A stretch of DNA of 64,000 bases, from NCBI GenBank assembly GCA_038888155.1, contig JAWAJB010000001.1, forward strand, positions 32,001 to 96,000, written 5' to 3'. The position numbers and the translations under genes are program-made. The notes under the pieces were generated by a model that worked only from the letters and a program-made list of their open reading frames with translations, ran no database searches and was not told the origin of the DNA. The stretch comes from Desulfurococcaceae archaeon (GTDB lineage Archaea > Thermoproteota > Thermoprotei_A > Sulfolobales > Desulfurococcaceae). Below, piece by piece: positions 29,548-38,746 of this stretch (its first letter is position 1; each line of letters starts with the position of its first letter).

Positions 29548-30342
29548 TTGGCGGTTTCAATGGTAGTTGTTAGCCCAAAGCTATTGGATTCTATGATATC
29601 CAATAACGAACTACTGTTAAAGGCTTATCAATTAGTTGAAGGCGACCCCGAGGTCCAGGCATTATGGTTTATGGCTAATACCATGGCCGTTAATAGATTG
29701 AAGTACAACGACCATGGGCCTGTACACGCCAGAATAACAGCAGGTATTGCACTCTATATCTATCAGCTGTTGCGAGATAGCGGAGTTGAACCAACATTGA
29801 TCAGGGATGGCGTCATTGAAAGAGAGGACTTAATCCCACTTGTGCCACTTCTTGGCGGGCTACTTCACGATATAGGTAATAGTATACACAGAGATATGCA
29901 CGAGAAAACTGGTGCCCTAATGGCAAAGCCTATACTTGATAGAGTATTGAAGAATTTTATTAACGATTATTACACACTTGTAAAGATTAGACAGGAGATA
30001 ATGCACGCTATACACTGTACAAGCTATAGCGTCGAGTGTCTATCGATTGAAGCTAGCTGCGTAAAAATTGGCGACGGTCTAGATATGGCAGAAGGTAGAG
30101 CCCGAGTTCCATACAAACTCGGAGGGATAACAATACACAGCGTGTCTGCGCTTAGTGTTAAGAGAGTAGAAATAACTCCATCAGAAAGGCGTCCTGTTAG
30201 AATAAATATATATATGTCCGAGAAGGCAGGCATATTTCAAGTGGATAATGTATTGATGCCAAAGCTCAAGACAACGCCAATAAAAGATTACATTGAGATC
30301 TACACCATAGTTGATAGTTCTTATCTAAAGTCTTATCCATAA
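29548..30342 (+). CDS. HD-domain phosphohydrolase (COG3294-like)
   Basis: RLKYNDHG.VHA, LLHDIGN..HR, D.LDMAEGRAR, IHSVSA. Confidence 0.88.
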   Translation: MAVSMVVVSPKLLDSMISNNELLLKAYQLVEGDPEVQALWFMANTMAVNRLKYNDHGPVHARITAGIALYIYQLLRDSGVEPTLIRDGVIEREDLIPLVPLLGGLLHDIGNSIHRDMHEKTGALMAKPILDRVLKNFINDYYTLVKIRQEIMHAIHCTSYSVECLSIEASCVKIGDGLDMAEGRARVPYKLGGITIHSVSALSVKRVEITPSERRPVRINIYMSEKAGIFQVDNVLMPKLKTTPIKDYIEIYTIVDSSYLKSYP

Positions 30343-30659
30343 CAATATTGGACATCTTACCCATTAAGTTGTTTCTGTATCTATTTGCCACGAAAGTGGA
30401 GAATATACGTTGGATTCGACCTGCATATTCATTAATATCAAATTAACCTATTACGCATGTCAAAGGGCAAATCAATTGGTAGTAAAGGACTCCTAGATTT
30501 CCCCAAGAGAGAGCTATTTGCAGGGACAAGGACAAATAAGCATAAAAAATGAAAGGCTGTGTTAATTTCAGTGCAAAAATTCAATAAATTACAAAAACAG
30601 TGGCTAATAATGTACTCTAGATGAAAGGCGTTTTCGCAACAATATTATACTTGAATTAT

Positions 30660-31790
30660 CTAAGCTGTTTCTTTAATGATTTTTACTTTAAACTCTACGC
30701 CTAGTTTTTCCCCTTCCTCTTTTATTTCTCTAAGAATGTTCTTATGTATGGGCACCCCAATTTTTTTCCGCGTCTCCATTGTTAACCAAGCTTTCTCGCC
30801 CGGTATCCATATCTCAAGATCATTTGAGATCTTCTTGAGGGCTTTAATGTATTTCCTATAGCCCTCTATTCTCTCTAAGAACTCGTCTATTGGAGTGATC
30901 TTACTAATGTCTATTGCTATCATAAAGTGACCTACATTGGGGGGTTCATTGCCAGTTGATTCTTTAATGAAAGTGCCGTAATTGGCCCCCGTTAAAACAC
31001 CACATAATATATCAACAACTAAGGCTAGGCCCGCGCCCTTATGTCCCCCGAAATCCTCTCCCAAGCCGCCAAGAGGCAATATTGAGCCCTTCTTATCTAA
31101 AACCTCCTTGGGGTCTTCCTCGGGTTTACCATTGGGGGATAGTGCCCATCCAAATGGTATTTTTTTCCCCTGCTTGGCGTATACCTCTATTTTACCTATT
31201 GGGACGACACTTGTAGCTGCATCGAATAAGACTGGCGGCGGATTTTTAGTAGGAAATCCTACAGCTATTGGATTCGTGCCTATATTTCGGCCAACAGTGT
31301 TTGTGTATGAAACAAGGGCACCTGAGTTAGTCATTACAATTCCAATCATATTTCTCTTGACTGCCTGTAGAGCATAGTAGCCAGCTATGCCGAAATGATT
31401 GCTGTTCTTTATGCCGACAACAGAGACTCCAATGTTCGCAGCTTTCTTGATTGCCATCTCCATGGCTTCATACGAAACAACCTGTCCAAGTCCAGCCCCC
31501 CCATCGACTAGATATGTTGTGGGGGTTTCAACGACTATTTTAATCTCTGTTTTAGGCTTAATCATTCCATTCTTAATTCCACTAGTGTATCTCCTTAATC
31601 GCTGGACGCCGTGGCTTTCAATGCCCATGAGGTCTGCTACTACTAGAACGTCTGCAGCTATTTCTGCGTGTTTCCACGGAACGTCAACGGAGTGCAGCAC
31701 CTCTGCTACGTATCTCTTCAGTGATTCCCACTCAACCCTCACAAATTCCTCAGAAGGAGTAGGAATAGTTTTTTCAAAAAGTTTTGACAA
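30660..31790 (-). CDS. Ldh_2-family NAD(P)-dependent dehydrogenase (malate/L-lactate/sulfolactate/ureidoglycolate type)
   Basis: ADLMGIESHG, NSNHFGIAGYY, GTNPIA, DAATS, GGHKG.GL, IPGE. Confidence 0.92.
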   Translation of the reverse strand: MSKLFEKTIPTPSEEFVRVEWESLKRYVAEVLHSVDVPWKHAEIAADVLVVADLMGIESHGVQRLRRYTSGIKNGMIKPKTEIKIVVETPTTYLVDGGAGLGQVVSYEAMEMAIKKAANIGVSVVGIKNSNHFGIAGYYALQAVKRNMIGIVMTNSGALVSYTNTVGRNIGTNPIAVGFPTKNPPPVLFDAATSVVPIGKIEVYAKQGKKIPFGWALSPNGKPEEDPKEVLDKKGSILPLGGLGEDFGGHKGAGLALVVDILCGVLTGANYGTFIKESTGNEPPNVGHFMIAIDISKITPIDEFLERIEGYRKYIKALKKISNDLEIWIPGEKAWLTMETRKKIGVPIHKNILREIKEEGEKLGVEFKVKIIKETA

Positions 31791-31911
31791 AATATCACCT
31801 GAAGTAGATAGGCTTTTTACCCATATAAAACTGTTATTGAGGTGGTTTACTTCAAATAATAATTTATGGTAATTATTTTTACCCGGTAGCTACATTATAA
31901 CAAACTGGGGT

Positions 31912-33804
31912 ATGCGCTTGGTTAAAGGAGTTGCTGGTCACATACTTCATATTGATTTGTCAACGGGCAAAATCTACACTACTAACACGGATGCTGGCTT
32001 AATCGAAAAATTCGTTGGGGGGTACGGCCTAGCAGCTAGGCTGTTCTATAACTACCTTAAAAAGCACAGAGTTATACAAGCTTTTTCTGAAAATAACCCG
32101 CTAATTGTTATGACTGGTCCTTTAACTGGCACAAGTGCTTTTGGAGCAAAGACCTGCATTGCATCTAGATCTCCCCTTACGGGTACGTTCGCGTGGGCTG
32201 TTAGTAGCGGCGCCTATGGCTTACAATTAAAGCGTGCAGGCTATGACGGTATAGCTATAGAAGGTGTATCCGAAAAGCCGATCTATATAGTTATAGACGA
32301 TGGGCATGTTGAGTTAAAACCCGCAACAGACCTTTGGGGACTAGACGTCTTTGAAACACACACATATATAAAGAGGACAATTGGTAGCGACTTCGACTCT
32401 ATAGCCATAGGACCGGCTGGAGAGAAGCTCGTAAAAATTGCAGCAGTAGTTACAAATGAGAGGAGAGTTGCCGGTCGAACCGGACTTGGAGCTATTATGG
32501 GGTTTAAGAGGGTTAAGGCCATTGCTGTAAGAGGTAATCACAAAGTTGAAGTTCATGACGAAAGTGAATTGAAGAAACTCAACAAAGAGTGGTTAACCAA
32601 GGCCATTCAAACCCCTCGCGGTAAATCACTTAACGAATACGGTACAGGCGCGATGGTGTCGGTCTACGCAGTAACTGGTGGGCTTCCAATAAAGAACTGG
32701 ACTAAAGGTATATGGGAACACACAAGCAAGCTTACAGGGCAGTACATAATGGAGAATTACAAGAAGGGTACAGGTAAAAAAGTGTGTAGTGAAGGCACAT
32801 TATGTAGTATAGCGTGCGAGAGAGTGGTTAAATACACTGATCCTAGGTTCGGAGATTATGAAGGGAAGGGACCAGAATATGAGAGCATTTGCGCACTAGG
32901 CTTTATGCCAATGATCGGGGACCCCGTTGCTGTAGTGAAGCTTAATGAGCTTTGCGATAGGCTTGGAGTAGATAGTATCTCCGCGGGCGCTATTATTGCA
33001 TGGGCAATGGAGGCCTATGAAAAAGGTATAATTACGTCTAATATGACAGGCGGACTAGAGCTAAAGTGGGGTAACTTAGAGGCAGTTCTGAAACTCATTG
33101 ATATGATTGTCAAACGAGATGGTATAGGAAACACTTTAGCCGAAGGGGTTAAAGTGGCTAGCTCGAATATAGGGGGGAGAAGTGAGGATTTTGCCCTTCA
33201 CGTAAAGGGACTCGAAGTACCTTACCATGATCCCAGGAGGTGGAAGAGCGCAGGATTAATATACGCTACATCAAACAGAGGTGCTTGTCATCTTCAGGGC
33301 ATGGCATTCCATGTTGACAGAGGAGCTGTTAAGTTCCCAGAGTACGGAATTTATGGACCTCCTAAGAACCCGTTAGAAAGAGCTAAGTGTGTTATAATAG
33401 CGCAGAATATCTGTGCCTTCGTAGATAGCGCAGGATTGTGCAAGTTCGGAACAATTGGAGTGGTAGATTTCGATTTTGTGTCCAAAGTTTGGAGCGCTGT
33501 AACGGGGCTTAAGGCAAACAAGGACACTATCTTAAGGGCAGGCGAGAGAGTTTGGTTGACATCGAGATTTCTCAATTATCAATTGGGTTTCAAAAATACC
33601 GACGATACGCTACCAAAGAGGTTCACCGAGGAACCATTGCTAGAGGGTCCCTCGGCAGGTTTAATGTGCGACGACCTAGAAGAATCTCTTGAAGCTTACT
33701 ATAAATACAGGGGGATCAGCAAGGTTGAAGACATAAAGAGTAAGCTCATAGAATTGGAGCTCTCCGAGTTGGTAGAAGGCATAGAAAAGATCGATGCTCG
33801 GTAG
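31912..33804 (+). CDS. Tungsten aldehyde:ferredoxin oxidoreductase family protein
   Basis: G.ILHIDLS, SPLTG, IGPAGE, GRTGLGA.MG.K, GPEYES, DRLGVD, LAEG, TSNRGACH. Confidence 0.93.
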   Translation: MRLVKGVAGHILHIDLSTGKIYTTNTDAGLIEKFVGGYGLAARLFYNYLKKHRVIQAFSENNPLIVMTGPLTGTSAFGAKTCIASRSPLTGTFAWAVSSGAYGLQLKRAGYDGIAIEGVSEKPIYIVIDDGHVELKPATDLWGLDVFETHTYIKRTIGSDFDSIAIGPAGEKLVKIAAVVTNERRVAGRTGLGAIMGFKRVKAIAVRGNHKVEVHDESELKKLNKEWLTKAIQTPRGKSLNEYGTGAMVSVYAVTGGLPIKNWTKGIWEHTSKLTGQYIMENYKKGTGKKVCSEGTLCSIACERVVKYTDPRFGDYEGKGPEYESICALGFMPMIGDPVAVVKLNELCDRLGVDSISAGAIIAWAMEAYEKGIITSNMTGGLELKWGNLEAVLKLIDMIVKRDGIGNTLAEGVKVASSNIGGRSEDFALHVKGLEVPYHDPRRWKSAGLIYATSNRGACHLQGMAFHVDRGAVKFPEYGIYGPPKNPLERAKCVIIAQNICAFVDSAGLCKFGTIGVVDFDFVSKVWSAVTGLKANKDTILRAGERVWLTSRFLNYQLGFKNTDDTLPKRFTEEPLLEGPSAGLMCDDLEESLEAYYKYRGISKVEDIKSKLIELELSELVEGIEKIDAR

Positions 33805-33810
33805 ATTTAC

Positions 33811-34095
33811 TTGAAAATAGAATTAAAAATTCATTTGCCTAGAGCACTTGAGCTTGAGGAGGGCGAATTTACAATTGAGCTAGACACTTGTGAACGCGAT
33901 TTAGCTTATATAATTAAGCTAGCCTTGGGGAAAGAGGCTAACAAGGTAATTAACTGCATCGAAAGGAACGAGTGTGTTATTTCGGTAAGCGGTAAAGTAA
34001 TAAGCGATCTAGGTACAGTAGTTAATTCCATAGCTAACATAACTTCTGACGGCTCCTTGCTTATCGAGATCGCTCCACTGGCCCTTGGCGGCTAA
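33811..34095 (+). CDS. MoaD/ThiS/SAMP ubiquitin-like sulfur carrier
   Basis: 94 aa ending IEIAPLALGG (C-terminal diglycine), directly after the AOR gene. Confidence 0.75.
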   Translation: MKIELKIHLPRALELEEGEFTIELDTCERDLAYIIKLALGKEANKVINCIERNECVISVSGKVISDLGTVVNSIANITSDGSLLIEIAPLALGG

Positions 34096-34472
34096 ATAAT
34101 TTTCTTCCCCAACCTCGTTCTCTTTTTCTTATCTGTACTGTGGTTATTTACAATGCGACTTATACCTTTCGATCTAGGCTGTAAGGCACAGAATTGATAA
34201 ATCCAAACCTACAAGTATATCAAGAGTGTATATGCAAGGTGAAAAATTTCTTTGTTCATTACAAAAAGCAAGTTGCTATGTCAAGATTGGACCTGATTAG
34301 CAGTCTCTAAGGGCAGGATGAGGTGTATATTCAACCAGCTAGAGTGTTGTATAATTTCTAAAGTTAATTTTATTTAGTGAAGTAACGGTTAAATTGGAAA
34401 CAGACAATAATGATGAACTAGATCTTCAAAGCGCAAGAAATGAGAAATAATAAAATAGGTTTAGATATGGGG

Positions 34473-35582
34473 CTATTTTATAACGAGTCCCCTAACTTCT
34501 CGAAGCCATTGAGGTGAGGCTTCCTCTGCAAAGTACTTTACTAAAAGGGCGGAGTTATTAATGTCTCCTAAATCAACTACTTCTATTGGACTGTGAATGT
34601 ACCTTGTAGGTATTGATACAGTCCCCGCTGGAACTCCCTCCTTGTTAAGCGCTATTACGCTAGCGTCAGTAGTTCCACCTGGTATTATTTCTACTTGGTA
34701 GGGTACTTTGTATTTCTCTGCCAATTCGACTAAAAAGCTAAAGATCTTCGGATGTGTTATCAAACCCGATGCACTTCTACCATCGGCCACCTTGATAGCT
34801 GGGCCTTTGCCTAACCTAGTAAACCACTCGCTTTTAGGAACTCCCGGAACGTCGCTAGCTATAGTTACATCAATAGCTAGTGCAACATCTGGGGATATAG
34901 AGTAAGCAGAAGTCTTTGCACCCTTTAAGCCAACTTCTTCCTGGACTGTTGCAACAAAGTATATATCTACCTTGGGGCTCTCAAGCAATTGAGCGCTCTT
35001 TATAAGGGCCACCAACCCTACACGGTCATCGAAAGCTTTGCCTGTAACTCTACCGCTAGCTAGTTCGACTACATCTCTATCGAAAACCAAAACATCGCCA
35101 ACGCTTACTCCAAGCTTCTCTGCTTCCTCTCTGGACGAGGCTCCGATATCCACGAACAGTTCTCTTAGCTCAGGTACTTTTTGAAGTTCTTCTGGCTTGA
35201 TAACGTGGGGTGGTTTTAATCCAATAACTCCACGCAATAACCTACCTCCTTTTGTCGCCAGCAACACTCTCTGGTAAATAAGGGATCTCTCTATGAGGCC
35301 ACCTATTGGCACTACTCGAAGGTAGCCTTCATCCTCTATATGAGAGACAAAAAGACCTATTTCATCCATATGAGCTGCTATCATTAACTTACCTTCACCT
35401 GCAGAACCTCTTTTTAATCCAATGACATTTCCCCAAGAATCGATCCACAGCCTATCCACGAGTGGCTTTAAGTAATCGGCGACAACGCTACCTATAGTTC
35501 CCTCCCTGCCACTAGGGCCTGTAATCTCTGCGAGGTGCTTCAACAAGTTGAAGGTATTTTTCTCAGCCATTAAATTCCCCAA
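34473..35582 (-). CDS. M42 family (TET) aminopeptidase
   Basis: GPSGRE, AAHMDEIG, GKAFDDR, QEEVGL, AIDVT, GGTTDA, RYIHS. Confidence 0.95.
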   Translation of the reverse strand: MGNLMAEKNTFNLLKHLAEITGPSGREGTIGSVVADYLKPLVDRLWIDSWGNVIGLKRGSAGEGKLMIAAHMDEIGLFVSHIEDEGYLRVVPIGGLIERSLIYQRVLLATKGGRLLRGVIGLKPPHVIKPEELQKVPELRELFVDIGASSREEAEKLGVSVGDVLVFDRDVVELASGRVTGKAFDDRVGLVALIKSAQLLESPKVDIYFVATVQEEVGLKGAKTSAYSISPDVALAIDVTIASDVPGVPKSEWFTRLGKGPAIKVADGRSASGLITHPKIFSFLVELAEKYKVPYQVEIIPGGTTDASVIALNKEGVPAGTVSIPTRYIHSPIEVVDLGDINNSALLVKYFAEEASPQWLREVRGLVIK

Positions 35583-35697
35583 AATATAACATGTCCTTGA
35601 GAATAAAAATAATTTACTATCTGATCAAAAGGCGCAATTAAAGATAGACTTGCTTTCTCGTGTCTATATAAGATGTTCAAACTGCTGCCAAATCTAC

Positions 35698-36639
35698 CTA
35701 TACCCGCTCGACAACTATCTCAACCTGAACGCTATATTGAGATCTCCCCCTTATAACATCCAGCTTTACGTACCTCCTCTCTATGCTTTCTTCGATCGCT
35801 TCTCGGAGTTCACTTGTTCTTCTAACTGGCTTCTCGTTTGCAGCTACTATTATATCACCCTCTGCAATGCCGCTTCTGCTAGCCGGTAGGCCAGGTATCA
35901 CTTTAACTATTAATAGGCCCTCTCTTACTGGCAACTTGTAGAGAGCCGCCATAGTCGGGTTTATTGGTGCAACGTAGACACCTATCCACGCTCTTAGTGG
36001 TCTACCATATTTGTTAACCATTTCGATGAACCTCTTAACGCCATTAATCGGTATAGCAAAACCTATGCCCTGCGCAAATGGAACTATTGCGGTTGTTACC
36101 CCTATTGCCTCGCCGCGTAGATTTACTAGAGGACCACCGCTGTTGCCAGGGTTTATTGCAGCATCTGTTTGAATAACATCTTCCAAGATAATGCTTTGCG
36201 ATGTAAGGGTTCTACCAACAGCGCTTATAACCCCCATTGTAACAGAGTTCTCGAGTAAACCTAGAGGCGAACCGACAGCTAGAACTAATTCTCCAACGTC
36301 TATTTTGTTTGAATCACCTAGCTTTATTGGAAGGCCGTGTTCCCTTGTTTCTAAAAGCGCTAAGTCTCTCAGCGGATCGGCTGCAAGCACTTCAGCTTCG
36401 CTTATATATCCATCACTAAATATTATCGAAACCCTTGTAGCTCCTCTAACAACGTGCGCGTTAGTTACAACATAGCCAGCTGCAATTATAAAGCCCGAAC
36501 CATAACCCTTTACTGGCTCATATCCAAAGAATGCCATAGGGTGGGGTATTTCAGTTGATATTGTCACAACAGAGGGTTTTACTTCTTTAACAATGGTCGC
36601 CATCTCCTTACTTAATTCAACTGCAGACAATGATGTCAC
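35698..36639 (-). CDS. HtrA/DegP-like serine protease with one PDZ domain
   Basis: Catalytic triad segments TNAHVV, DLALL and GNSGGP; QTDAAIN; C-terminal PDZ. Confidence 0.93.
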   Translation of the reverse strand: MTSLSAVELSKEMATIVKEVKPSVVTISTEIPHPMAFFGYEPVKGYGSGFIIAAGYVVTNAHVVRGATRVSIIFSDGYISEAEVLAADPLRDLALLETREHGLPIKLGDSNKIDVGELVLAVGSPLGLLENSVTMGVISAVGRTLTSQSIILEDVIQTDAAINPGNSGGPLVNLRGEAIGVTTAIVPFAQGIGFAIPINGVKRFIEMVNKYGRPLRAWIGVYVAPINPTMAALYKLPVREGLLIVKVIPGLPASRSGIAEGDIIVAANEKPVRRTSELREAIEESIERRYVKLDVIRGRSQYSVQVEIVVERV

Positions 36640-36685
36640 CTCTCTAGGATAATGAGTAGGGTTACTTTAATTCTTTGTGTTAGCG

Positions 36686-37357
36686 CTAGCCTTTAATTGC
36701 AGCTAAGATAGCGTTTACATCTATTATAGTCTTGTACACGCCAAGCTTGACGCCTTTATTACAAACTAATGCATGAAAATCGCGCTTAGGTATGTTTATG
36801 CTATATAGAACATATGCGTTTCTGGTATCCGCTCTAAGGTAAGATCCATCGTATCCCATTTTGTTGAGTATTTCCTTGATAAGGCCCTCCTTTACTCTTA
36901 GTCCAAAGTATTTACCCCGCCCAGTTGCTTGTTCTGACCTAACTGATCTAAATAAAGGCAAGGCTCTTGGGGGATTTGCTAAGTCTTTTTCAGCGCTTGC
37001 AATTTCAACTTGAAGTTTGCCTAAGATATCCTTAATATATTCCTCAATGGTATCTCTACTGCAGGGAGAGATCGAGGGAAGCATTGCGTAGTTCATTTGA
37101 TTAGTAAACCATAAGCCTCCAAGGGGGAGAGGGCTCTTGAAAGACAGGAGCAGTCTTGCATCAGGATAATTACTGTACTCCTTCTTTATGTTAAGATAAA
37201 ATGAGCAATCAAAAATATAAGAGTTGTTGGAATTAAATGGACTTACGAGCACCACAGAGCTCCATGTGCATATGCTGTTTTCTCCTCTGCAGTGCTTTGA
37301 AAGCAGCTTATCATCGACACCAATATAGCTCAAATCGCTATCCCTTATAATAAACAA
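36686..37357 (-). CDS. Hypothetical protein in the gcv operon
   Basis: 223-aa ORF co-oriented 21 bp after lpdA. No clear family; see findings. Confidence 0.6.
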   Translation of the reverse strand: MFIIRDSDLSYIGVDDKLLSKHCRGENSICTWSSVVLVSPFNSNNSYIFDCSFYLNIKKEYSNYPDARLLLSFKSPLPLGGLWFTNQMNYAMLPSISPCSRDTIEEYIKDILGKLQVEIASAEKDLANPPRALPLFRSVRSEQATGRGKYFGLRVKEGLIKEILNKMGYDGSYLRADTRNAYVLYSINIPKRDFHALVCNKGVKLGVYKTIIDVNAILAAIKG

Positions 37358-37378
37358 GTATTAGGTCTAAAAATACAC

Positions 37379-38746
37379 CTACTTTTTCAATAGGTGTATG
37401 GGAGTACCTATAATATATTCTGCTAAATCTCTGAGCGACTCGGATAGGGTCAAGTGAGGGTACGGTGTCCTGGCTACCTCTTCTAATTTCATTCGTCCGA
37501 TATATACTGGAATATATGCCGATACGATTTCAGATGCATTTGGAGAGACCAAGTGCAGTCCAAGAATTTTTTCCCTTCTGTCATCAAGCAGTATCTTTAT
37601 GAAAGAGTTCTTGTGGCCTTTAATTTTAATTTTTGCCATGTAGTATAAGGGCAATTTCACTTTGGTGTACTTAACACCTTTGGCTAGTAAATCTTTCTCG
37701 GTGTAGCCGATTGATGCTATTTCTAGGCCGGAAAATATTGTAGTCGGAACTAGCTGATAGTTAACAGTAAACGACTCTTCCTGGTTTATTCTTTTAGCTA
37801 CAGCAATGCTCTCGAGCAGGGCTTTATGCGCCAATAGTGGTCCACCAATTACGTCTCCACAGGCATATACACCGGGCATGCTGGTTTCTAGTCTATCGTT
37901 CACCTTTATAAAGCCCTTCTCATCCAACTGCAATAAAGTTTCTAGCCCCATCTCCCCAGTTTTCGGCTTTCTGCCTACAGCTACAATAACCTTATCAATC
38001 TCTAGTCTTTGACCATTTGATAGATCTGCTGTATATTTTCCATGAGTGTGGCCAAGCTTTTGAACGGCTGTCTTCTCAATTACTTTTACGCCTCTCTGCA
38101 TTAAATACGTCCTTAGCGCGACGGCTATATCCCTATCAGTAAATGGAAGTATGTGCTCGAGTAATTCCACGATTGTTACTTCAACGCCAAGAGCAGAGTA
38201 CATGTTTGCTAACTCAACGCCTATTATCCCGCCGCCGATAATTAAGACTTTTTCTGGCTTCTCGAGTAAGTAGAATGCCTCTCTATTACTCACTATTCCT
38301 TTTCCATCAAATCGAGCTGAAGGTATCTCAGCGGGGTCGGTGCCAAGAGCTAGAATTAGTTTATCAGCTTCAAGCTCTTCGCTTTTATTAATGTTCGATA
38401 CTAGAAGTCTCCCTGGACCCTTGAGAAAGGCTTGCCCTCTAACTAGGGTTACGTCCCTAGACTCAAGAAGGGTTTCTAATCCGCCTCTTGTTTCCTGTAC
38501 GGTGTTTTTAATCCACTCCATGAGATCCTGCCAGTCGTAATCTACTCTACTGCCGAGTTTTTCAACATTTTTCAATGACTCGGCAAAATCGTAAAGAGCT
38601 TTGCTTGGAACGCACCCATAGTTAGTGCACTCGCCTCCGACAAGATGTTTCTCGACAATAGCTACTCGTAACCCCTTATCGGCTAGGTACAAGGCCGCGG
38701 GGTAGCCTCCTATTCCCGAGCCAACAATGGCTACGTCATATATCAC
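37379..38746 (-). CDS. lpdA: Dihydrolipoamide dehydrogenase (glycine cleavage L protein)
   Basis: GSGIGG, redox disulfide GGECTNYGCVPSK, GGGIIG.E, GD..GGPLLAH, H.TLSE. Confidence 0.9.
   Translation of the reverse strand: MIYDVAIVGSGIGGYPAALYLADKGLRVAIVEKHLVGGECTNYGCVPSKALYDFAESLKNVEKLGSRVDYDWQDLMEWIKNTVQETRGGLETLLESRDVTLVRGQAFLKGPGRLLVSNINKSEELEADKLILALGTDPAEIPSARFDGKGIVSNREAFYLLEKPEKVLIIGGGIIGVELANMYSALGVEVTIVELLEHILPFTDRDIAVALRTYLMQRGVKVIEKTAVQKLGHTHGKYTADLSNGQRLEIDKVIVAVGRKPKTGEMGLETLLQLDEKGFIKVNDRLETSMPGVYACGDVIGGPLLAHKALLESIAVAKRINQEESFTVNYQLVPTTIFSGLEIASIGYTEKDLLAKGVKYTKVKLPLYYMAKIKIKGHKNSFIKILLDDRREKILGLHLVSPNASEIVSAYIPVYIGRMKLEEVARTPYPHLTLSESLRDLAEYIIGTPIHLLKK

Noticed and set aside
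30411-30425. tRNA T-loop-like GCAGGTCGAATCC on the minus strand
   Set aside because: Lacks GTTC, and no cloverleaf can be formed.
34409-34465. ATGATGA box-C-like sequence
   Set aside because: No D boxes, and the putative guides are low-complexity AT-rich sequence.
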